The notes beneath the pieces are model-generated. The model was not told the DNA's origin, ran no database searches, and saw nothing but the letters and a program-made list of their open reading frames with translations. Source: an uncultured Atopobiaceae bacterium (lineage in GTDB: Bacteria; Actinomycetota; Coriobacteriia; Coriobacteriales; Atopobiaceae). From it: DNA of 64,000 nt. The stretch lies in NCBI GenBank assembly GCA_947631545.1, contig CANRLS010000003.1, positions 3,146 to 67,145 on the forward strand. Reading direction: 5' to 3'. The position numbers and the translations under genes are program-made. This document shows positions 44,486-52,005 of this stretch, in pieces (the first letter of the stretch is position 1; every line of letters begins with the position of its first letter).

Positions 44486-45925
44486 ATGCAGGAGAGGTCC
44501 TACCGAAGCGACTCGCGCAGTCGGCGCAACCCACCCTCGTCGAGGGCCTCGAGCACTCAGCGCTCCGCCCGCCGCGCATCCGAGGGAGCGAGGCAGCGGA
44601 GCCAGGGGGCGGGCCGCCGGCGCGATATGGGCGCCATCGGCGACGATCGCCGTCCCCCCACCCGCTCCACGAGCGAACGGCTCCGGAGCGTCTCCGACCG
44701 GGGCCAGAGCATGCAGCGCCGCCAGCGCACGGGGCGCGGCCAGGGCTCCAAGGGCGGCTACCAGCTGCGCAACCGCAACATCAACTTCTCGGGCCGCTCC
44801 AGCTACGATCCCCAGCTCATCATCGTGGGCGGCATCGCCATCGCCATCATCATCCTGCTCATCTTCTTCATCGTGAGCTGCGCCACGAGCTGCGGCTCGG
44901 GGACGGAGAACCCGGCCGAGAACGTATCGTCGAGCCTCGAGGGCGACCTGCGCACCCAGGTGGAGTCGATGGTCACCTCCGACTATCAGAGCACCTACGT
45001 GGCCGAGAACGCCGAGCTCTACCCCACCGAGCTCATCCAGCTCATGGTCGATGAGCCGGCGTCCGTGAGCTTCGTCTACAACTACCCCAACGCATCCCAC
45101 GAGGCCCAGCCCTACGAGGAGCAGGTCTCCAAGGGCTCGGTGCCGCTCCTCTACGACTGGGATGCCCGCTGGGGCTACGTCGATTACGCCGGCAGCATGA
45201 TCGGCCTCAAGGGCAGCGGCCCCACGGCCGTGGCCATGGCGCGCATGGCGCTCCTCGGCGCCACCGACGTCACGCCGGCCACCGTGGCCGCCAACGTCAC
45301 GCAGCTGGGCGGCGCCACCGGCGATTCCGGCATGGCGGCGACCCTCTTCGGCACCGATTCGGGCGACACCACCACGCCCGTGGACGCCGACGGCGACGGC
45401 TACGACGACAACACCGGCGAGGCCATCGAGGCCACGGGCGAATCCTCCGACACCTCCGGCGGGGGCACGGGCGACGCGAGCGCCTCCTCCAGCCAGGGCC
45501 TCGCCCAGATGATCGGCCTCACCGCCTCCCCCATCACGGTGGAGCCCGGGAACTCCATCACCGCCACCATGGTCGACGCCGTGGAGAACGGCTCCTACGT
45601 CCTCGTGGAGACCTCCGGCGGCGCCTTCGGCGCCACGCCCCACTGGGCGCTCGTCATCGGCGTGAACTCCGACGGCTCGGTGGCCGTCTACGATCCCACC
45701 TCGGTGGCCAACAGCCTCCACGCCTGGGATCCGGGCACCGTGGTCGACGGTTCCACGGCCCTCATCGCGCTCTCGGTTCCCGGCGGCTCGGGCGATGCGA
45801 ACGCCTCCTCCGATCATGTGGACGAGGATGGCGACGGCTACGACGACAGCACCGGCGAGTACATCGGCGACGGGTCGGACGAGGGTTCCGGCGGCTCCGA
45901 CGACGACACCATGACCGTGCAATAG
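44486..45925 (+). CDS. membrane-anchored peptidase_C39-like (C39_2) domain protein, variant active site
   Basis: ATG 44486 behind CAGGAGG. Arg-rich cytoplasmic N-terminus of about 105 aa, then one TM (IIVGGIAIAIIILLIFFIV). It then has LLYDWDARWGY...IGLKGSGPTAVAMA and ...TPHWALVIGVNSDGSVAVYDP, with an acidic insert and tail. Confidence 0.65.
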   Translation: MQERSYRSDSRSRRNPPSSRASSTQRSARRASEGARQRSQGAGRRRDMGAIGDDRRPPTRSTSERLRSVSDRGQSMQRRQRTGRGQGSKGGYQLRNRNINFSGRSSYDPQLIIVGGIAIAIIILLIFFIVSCATSCGSGTENPAENVSSSLEGDLRTQVESMVTSDYQSTYVAENAELYPTELIQLMVDEPASVSFVYNYPNASHEAQPYEEQVSKGSVPLLYDWDARWGYVDYAGSMIGLKGSGPTAVAMARMALLGATDVTPATVAANVTQLGGATGDSGMAATLFGTDSGDTTTPVDADGDGYDDNTGEAIEATGESSDTSGGGTGDASASSSQGLAQMIGLTASPITVEPGNSITATMVDAVENGSYVLVETSGGAFGATPHWALVIGVNSDGSVAVYDPTSVANSLHAWDPGTVVDGSTALIALSVPGGSGDANASSDHVDEDGDGYDDSTGEYIGDGSDEGSGGSDDDTMTVQ

Positions 45926-46018
45926 CCCGCCAGCCCCGCGGCGCTTCCAACGGCAAAGGGCCCGCCATCCAGCTGGATGGCGGGCCCTTCCTCGCATTTC
46001 AGGCGCAGGGCACGGCCG

Positions 46019-47749
46019 TTAGGCGAGCAGATCCTCCTTGGCGGCGATCCCCAGCTTGTCGATCACGGCCTCGGCCGCCTCGCGGGTCTTCTCCGTGGCG
46101 AAGAGGTAGGCCTTGATCTTGGGCTCGGTGCCCGACGGACGCACCATGACCTTGTGGCCGCCCTCGAGGTTGAACTCGAGCACGTTGGCCTTGGGGAGCA
46201 CCTGACCGGGCGTCTTGCCCGTGCCTCCCGTGATGGGCATGGGGGCGCCGGTGTCGTAGTCGGTGAAGCCCACGACCTTGTAGCCGGCGACCTTCTTCGG
46301 CTGCTCCTTGCGAAGGCCGCTCATGATGTCGGCCATCTTCTGGGCGCCCGCGGCCCCGGCGAAGTTCACGTTCACGACGCCGTTCAGGTAGTAGCCGTAC
46401 TTCTTGTAGAGGGCGTCCATGGCCTCGTAGAGGTCCATCCCCTTCTGGGCGTACCAGCCGGCCATCTCGCAGATGAGCATCGAGGTCACCACGGCGTCCT
46501 TGTCGCGGGCGTGGGTGCCGGCGAGGTAGCCGTAGGACTCCTCGAAGCCGATGAGGTAGCGATCGCCCTGGCCGGCCTCGGTGAGGAGGTCGATCTGGCC
46601 GCCGATGTACTTGAAGCCCGTGAGCACGCGCCGAAGCTCGAAGCCCCAGTCCTCGGCGAGCGCGTCGGGCATCGTGGACGAGACGATGGTGGTGACGGCG
46701 ACCTTCTGGCGGATGTCCTCGCCGGCCTGCTTCTTCAGGTTGGCGAGCCAGTCCATGAGGAGGCAGCCCACCTCATTGCCCGAAAGCAGCTGATAGCCGC
46801 CGTCATGCGGGACGGCGATGCCCACGCGGTCGGCGTCGGGGTCGGTGGCGAGCAGAAGGTCGGGCTTCACCTCGTCGCAGAGCTCGAGGCCCTTCTGGAG
46901 CGCCTCGCGGATCTCGGGGTTGGGATAGGGGCAGGTGGGGAAGTCGCCGTTGGGCTCGCGCTGCTCGGGCACCACGGTCACGTTGTCGATGCCCACGCGG
47001 GCGAGGATCTTGGTCACGCACTCGAGGCCGCTGCCGTTGAGCGGCGTGTAGACCACCTTGAAGGAGCCGTCGGTGGCAACGCAGTCGGGCACGGAGACGG
47101 TCTGGATGGCGTCAAGGTAGGCGTCGATGACGTCGTCGCCGATCCACTCGACGAGACCCTGCTCCAAGGCCTCGTCGAAGTCCATCCGCTTCACGCCGTT
47201 GAAGATGTCGGTGGCGTTGATGGTGGCCTGGATCTCGTCCGCGGCCTCGTTGGCGATCTGACAGCCGTCGGGCCCGTAGACCTTGTAGCCGTTGTAGGGA
47301 GCGGGGTTGTGGCTCGCGGTGATGACGATGCCCGCGGAGGTGCCGAGGTCGCGCACGGTGAAGGAGAGCACCGGCACCGGCTCGATGCGCGGCATCACGA
47401 GCACGTGCACGCCGTTCGCGGCGAGCACCCCGGCGGCCGCCTTCACGAACTCCTCGCCCTTGTTGCGGGAGTCGCGCACGATGGCGCAGGTGGGCTCGTC
47501 GAAGTGGGCCACGAGGTAGCTGGCCAGGCCCTGGCTCGCCTGGGAGACCGTGTAGACGTTCATGCGGTTGGTGCCCACGCCGATGACGCCGCGGAGTCCC
47601 GCCGTGCCGAAGGCGAGGTCGCGGTAGAAGGCGTCGACGATGGTATCCTCGTCGTCCTTCGCGCAGAGATCCTCCAGCTCGGCCATGAGCTCGGGCTCGT
47701 CGAGGTTCTCCTTCCACAGCTCCACGCGATCCTTGATTGCCTGGTCCAT
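46019..47749 (-). CDS. phosphoglucomutase/phosphomannomutase-family phospho-sugar mutase
   Basis: 576 aa. Contains FGTAGLRG, the active-site TASHNP, DPDADR and GEESG-like (FEESYGY) motifs. Confidence 0.88.
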   Translation of the reverse strand: MDQAIKDRVELWKENLDEPELMAELEDLCAKDDEDTIVDAFYRDLAFGTAGLRGVIGVGTNRMNVYTVSQASQGLASYLVAHFDEPTCAIVRDSRNKGEEFVKAAAGVLAANGVHVLVMPRIEPVPVLSFTVRDLGTSAGIVITASHNPAPYNGYKVYGPDGCQIANEAADEIQATINATDIFNGVKRMDFDEALEQGLVEWIGDDVIDAYLDAIQTVSVPDCVATDGSFKVVYTPLNGSGLECVTKILARVGIDNVTVVPEQREPNGDFPTCPYPNPEIREALQKGLELCDEVKPDLLLATDPDADRVGIAVPHDGGYQLLSGNEVGCLLMDWLANLKKQAGEDIRQKVAVTTIVSSTMPDALAEDWGFELRRVLTGFKYIGGQIDLLTEAGQGDRYLIGFEESYGYLAGTHARDKDAVVTSMLICEMAGWYAQKGMDLYEAMDALYKKYGYYLNGVVNVNFAGAAGAQKMADIMSGLRKEQPKKVAGYKVVGFTDYDTGAPMPITGGTGKTPGQVLPKANVLEFNLEGGHKVMVRPSGTEPKIKAYLFATEKTREAAEAVIDKLGIAAKEDLLA

Positions 47750-47914
47750 AAGCTCCTCCTCGAAACCCCGGGCGGCTACCAGCCGTTTTGCCGGATGGCT
47801 GAAACCTTGAGACGGCGGGGCATCCGGCCGATTATGTAGACTGCTCTCATTCTAAGCGCGTCTCGCTCTGCCCATGCCGAGGGCTGCGGGCGTTTAGGCG
47901 ATTGGCACGAGGAG

Positions 47915-48532
47915 GTGCGGACGGTGGGCGAGTCGCAGGTGGGCGCGGGCTCCATCGACTACGGCCGGGCGCGCTTCGTCGCGAGCTACGCTCGGGCGGC
48001 AGCCCTCCCCGCCTCCACCATGCCCGAGGTCTCCTTCATCGGCCGCTCCAACGTGGGTAAGTCGTCGCTCCTGAACCGCCTCTTCAAGCGCAAGGGGCTG
48101 GCCAAGGTCTCCTCCCGTCCCGGCAAGACCGCCACGGTGAACTTCTACGATGTGGACGGCGTGGCCTTCGTGGACCTGCCGGGCTACGGCTTCGCCGAGG
48201 TGGGAAACGCCGAGCGCAGGAACTACGGCGCGCTCATCGCCGCCTACCTCGAGGGCGAGCGCAGCCATAACCTCGTCGTTCAGCTGGTGGACGTCCGCCA
48301 CGACCCCTCGGCCCTCGACGTCGAGACATCGGCGATGCTCCGCGAGCTGGGCCTCCCCTTCGTCATGGCCCTCACCAAGGCCGACAAGCTGAGCCGTTCC
48401 AAGGCGCTCTCGCAGCGCGCCCGAATCGCAAAGGCGCTGGGAATCGACGTCGAGGACGCGATCGTCACGTCGGCGTCGGCGGGCACCGGCGTGGACGAGC
48501 TCCGACGCAGGATCGCCCGCGCCTGCCTCTAG
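47915..48532 (+). CDS. engB: ribosome-biogenesis GTPase YsxC/EngB
   Basis: Contains PEVSFIGRSNVGKSSLLN (G1), GKT and DLPGYG (G3), and TKADK (G4). The ORF begins at GTG 47915. GTG 47924 has better spacing from GAGGAGG. Confidence 0.88.
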   Translation: MRTVGESQVGAGSIDYGRARFVASYARAAALPASTMPEVSFIGRSNVGKSSLLNRLFKRKGLAKVSSRPGKTATVNFYDVDGVAFVDLPGYGFAEVGNAERRNYGALIAAYLEGERSHNLVVQLVDVRHDPSALDVETSAMLRELGLPFVMALTKADKLSRSKALSQRARIAKALGIDVEDAIVTSASAGTGVDELRRRIARACL

Positions 48533-48607
48533 CCGGGCGGAGAGGGCGGCGTCGTTGCCTCGCCCCAGGCGAGGGGCCCTGAGCCGGCTTCGAGAATGAA
48601 GCCGGGG

Positions 48608-49594
48608 CTACGCCCTCCCGAGCGCCTCGCGGATGCGCCGGGTCACTCCCTCGGCGTCCATGGAGAAGCGCTGCCGGAGGTAGCGCTGATCGCCCACCAC
48701 GTCGGGGAAGCGGTCGGGGATCCCGATGCGGAGCACGGGCGCGAGCCCGTGGGCGCCGTCCACGCGAGCGTCCTCGATGGCCTCCGCCACGGCCGAGCCG
48801 AGCCCGCCGATGACGGTGTGCTCCTCGAGCGTCGCCACCAGTTTCGTCCGGGCGGCCACCGCCCGGATGCCCTCGGCGTCCAGCGGCTTCACGAGCGGCG
48901 CGGTGAAGACCTCGCAGGAGATGCCGGCTTGGGCCAGGAGGTCCGCCGCCTCGAGGGCCTCCTTGGCGATGGCGCCGGTGGCGACGATCGCCACATCCGC
49001 CGCTCCCGCGGCGCCCTCGACGCCCGCAGGCGCGCGGCGCGCTCGCTCCACGAGGCCTCGGAGCCCCTGCACCGGAAGCCCCTCGACCCGCTCGGCGCCC
49101 TCGAGCTCCGGCTCACCGCCGCGGTTGATGCGCACGTACTTGGGGGACGTCGACTCGAAGCAATAGGCCGCCACGGCCCTCGCCTCGGCGGGGTCCGCCG
49201 GCGAGAGCACCTCCATGCACGGCATCGAGCGCATGGCGGCCATGTCCTCGGTGGCATGGTGGGTCATCCCCAGCTGCCCGTAGGCGAAGCCCCCGCCGAT
49301 GCAGATGACGGTGACGTCGAGCTCGGGGTTGCAGACGCTGTTCCTGATCTGCTCCAGGCACCTGAGCGTCGGGAAGCTCGCGATGGAGTAGACGAACGGC
49401 TTGTAGCCCTCGAGGGCGAGCCCGGCCGCGACCTCGATGAGGTCCTGCTCGGCGATGCCGCCGTTCAGGTAGCGCCCGGGGAAGCGCTCCTGGAACCGCT
49501 CGACCACCCGAAAGCCGAGGTCGCCGGTGAGGAGCATGATGCGCTCGTCCGTGGCCGCCCGTTCGGTGAGGGCGGCGATGAAGGTGTTCCGCAT
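48608..49594 (-). CDS. transketolase-family C-terminal subunit (second pair)
   Basis: From ATG 49592-49594 the protein starts MRNTFIAALTE. Contains ...NGGIAEQDLIEVAAGLAL. About 328 aa. The start shares one nucleotide with the upstream stop (TGATG). Confidence 0.85.
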   Translation of the reverse strand: MRNTFIAALTERAATDERIMLLTGDLGFRVVERFQERFPGRYLNGGIAEQDLIEVAAGLALEGYKPFVYSIASFPTLRCLEQIRNSVCNPELDVTVICIGGGFAYGQLGMTHHATEDMAAMRSMPCMEVLSPADPAEARAVAAYCFESTSPKYVRINRGGEPELEGAERVEGLPVQGLRGLVERARRAPAGVEGAAGAADVAIVATGAIAKEALEAADLLAQAGISCEVFTAPLVKPLDAEGIRAVAARTKLVATLEEHTVIGGLGSAVAEAIEDARVDGAHGLAPVLRIGIPDRFPDVVGDQRYLRQRFSMDAEGVTRRIREALGRA

Positions 49595-50580
49595 CAGGCA
49601 ACGCCCCCGCTCCGAAGAATCGCCGTGCCGGCCGGAAAGCCGTCTCCCTGCCCTGCGAACTCGGAGAACGCCTGACCCAGCTCCTGGGGCGACGCCGAGT
49701 CGTAGTGCCAGCGGATGTCGCCCTCCATGAACGAGACGCCCTTGCCCTTGACGGTATGCGCGACCACGCAGAGCGGCTGGCCGCCATGGGGCGTCGCGAG
49801 CGCCGTGGCCAGCGCCCGATGGTCGTGGCCGTCGCAGTCCACGGCCTTCCACCCGAAGGCGCGGAACTTCTCGGCGATGTCGCCGAGCACGAGCGCCGTA
49901 TCGTCGGTGGGGCCGAAGCTCTGCATGCCGTTGCGGTCGACGATCACCGTCAGGCGGTCGAGGCACTGGGTAGAGGCCATGAGCGCCGACTCCCAGACGC
50001 TGCCCTCGTCGCACTCGCCGTCGCCCATGACGCAGAAGACGCGCCAGGTGGCGGCCCTGAGCCGGGCCGCGAGCGCGATGCCGCAGGCCACGCCCAGCCC
50101 CTGGCCGAGCGAGCCCGTCGTGAGCTCCACGCCCGGCACGTCATGCGACACGTGCCCCGAGAAGGAGCTGCCGTTGGCGTAGTAGTTCTTCAGGAGGTCG
50201 TTCTTATCGAAGAACCCCAGCTCGGCGAGGGTGGCGTAGACGGCCGAGCCTCCGTGGCCCTTCGAGAGGATGAAGCGGTCGCGGGTGGGGTCGTCGGGAT
50301 TGGTCGGATCCACCGCCATGATCGATCCGTAGAGGACGGCGAGGATGTCCACCACCGAGAGCGCGCTCGCGATATGGCCCGCGCCCGAGCGGCTCGTCAT
50401 GGCGAGGCAGTCCTCCCTCACCCTGCGGGCGAGGTCGACCGTGGCCGGAACGAGCGAGTTGGCGACCCACGGCGAGACGGAGATCGCGGAGGACTCCTCC
50501 GGCGCTTCCGCCACCGTCTCTGCGCCGGAGGTGGCCACGGCCTCCTCCGCCTCGATGGTCCTGTCCAGTGCTTCGGCCAT
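49594..50580 (-). CDS. transketolase-family N-terminal (TPP-binding) subunit (second pair)
   Basis: Contains GHIASALS, SKGHG and GDGECDEGSVWE. There is an acidic N-terminal extension of about 45 aa. Confidence 0.85.
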   Translation of the reverse strand: MAEALDRTIEAEEAVATSGAETVAEAPEESSAISVSPWVANSLVPATVDLARRVREDCLAMTSRSGAGHIASALSVVDILAVLYGSIMAVDPTNPDDPTRDRFILSKGHGGSAVYATLAELGFFDKNDLLKNYYANGSSFSGHVSHDVPGVELTTGSLGQGLGVACGIALAARLRAATWRVFCVMGDGECDEGSVWESALMASTQCLDRLTVIVDRNGMQSFGPTDDTALVLGDIAEKFRAFGWKAVDCDGHDHRALATALATPHGGQPLCVVAHTVKGKGVSFMEGDIRWHYDSASPQELGQAFSEFAGQGDGFPAGTAILRSGGVA

Positions 50581-50766
50581 GCGATCGCGTCCCTTGCCAG
50601 GTTCGTGCTTCCGGGAATCAACGACTCGATTGATTCAGGGTTCCCCATGGTAGCAGGGTGCCCGTCGATGGTTCGCGCGAAGCGCCGATCGTCACGCGCA
50701 AGTCACAGAGCCCCGCTGGGCGATAATGACGGCGCGTACCGAGCGAACCTGCGGGAAGGGGCACCC

Positions 50767-51891
50767 ATGGCAGCCATCGACCTCGATGCCATCGGAAAGC
50801 TCGGCTTCGGACTCATGCGCCTGCCCAAGAGGGCGGGCCGCATCGACATCGACGAGACCTCGCGGATGGTCGACGCGTTCCTCGAGGCCGGCGGCACCTA
50901 CTTCGACACGGCCTTCGTCTACCCCGGCTCGGAGAAGGCCATGCGCAAGGCCCTCGTCGAGCGCCATCCCCGCGAGTCCTACACCATCGCCACCAAGCTC
51001 TTCGCCACGGCGGTGCCCACGGCGGGGCTCGCCAAGAAGGAGCTCGCCACGAGCCTCTCGCGCGCCGGCACCGGCTACGTGGACTTCTACCTCCTCCATT
51101 CGCTCATGGACGCCAACTGGAAGAAGTACGAGCGCTTCGGGCTCTGGGACTTCGTGGCCGAGGAGCGGGACAAGGGCACGATCCGCCACTACGGCTTCTC
51201 GTTCCACGGCGGCCCTGAGCTCCTGGATCGCCTCCTCACGGCGCATCCCGATGCCGAGTTCGTGCAGCTGCAGGTGAACTACGCCGACTGGGAGAACCCG
51301 AGCGTCCAGGCCAGGGCCAACTGGGAGGTGGCCCGCGCCCACGGCAAGCCCATCGTCATCATGGAGCCCGTGAAGGGCGGGCGCCTCGCCAACCCGCCCA
51401 TGGAGGCGAGGGCCCTCTTGGACGAGGCCAACGCGCGCCTGGGCCTCGATTGGAGCCACGCCTCCTGGGCCCTTCGCTTCGCGGCCTCGCTCGATGGGGT
51501 CATGTGCGTCCTGAGCGGCATGAGCGATAGCGCCCAGATGGCCGACAACCTCGCCACCTTCCGCGATTTCGAACCCCTGGACGCCGACGGGCGCGCCGTC
51601 GTCCGCCGTTGCATGGAGGCCATGGGGCACGTGAGCACGATCGCCTGCACCGCCTGCGGCTACTGCCGCGAGGGCTGCCCGCAGAAAATCCCCATTCCCG
51701 ACATCTTCAGCGCCATGAACGACCTCACGAGCACGGGCCAGGCGAAGGCGACCAAGGAGGCCTACGCGCTCGCCACCGCCGAGGGCGGCCGCGCCTCGGA
51801 CTGCGTGGCGTGCGGCCAGTGCGAGGGCGTCTGCCCCCAGCACCTCCCCATCATCGAGGATCTCGCCGCCTGCGCCGAAGCGCTGGAGTAG
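50767..51891 (+). CDS. aldo/keto reductase fused to a C-terminal 2x[4Fe-4S]-type Cys motif domain
   Basis: ATG 50767. The AKR core has GFGLMRLP, FDTA..Y and HYGFSFHG. C-terminal motifs are CTACGYCREGCP and CVACGQCEGVCP. Confidence 0.85.
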   Translation: MAAIDLDAIGKLGFGLMRLPKRAGRIDIDETSRMVDAFLEAGGTYFDTAFVYPGSEKAMRKALVERHPRESYTIATKLFATAVPTAGLAKKELATSLSRAGTGYVDFYLLHSLMDANWKKYERFGLWDFVAEERDKGTIRHYGFSFHGGPELLDRLLTAHPDAEFVQLQVNYADWENPSVQARANWEVARAHGKPIVIMEPVKGGRLANPPMEARALLDEANARLGLDWSHASWALRFAASLDGVMCVLSGMSDSAQMADNLATFRDFEPLDADGRAVVRRCMEAMGHVSTIACTACGYCREGCPQKIPIPDIFSAMNDLTSTGQAKATKEAYALATAEGGRASDCVACGQCEGVCPQHLPIIEDLAACAEALE

Positions 51892-52005
51892 CCGGCCGAG
51901 CGGGTCCGCAGGCCGTCCGGACGCTCCGCCTCCCAAACGGGCATCATGGGGGATGCGCGCACGTTCTCAATTCAAGATGCCCCGCACTCGCCCAGGAGGA
52001 CCGTC

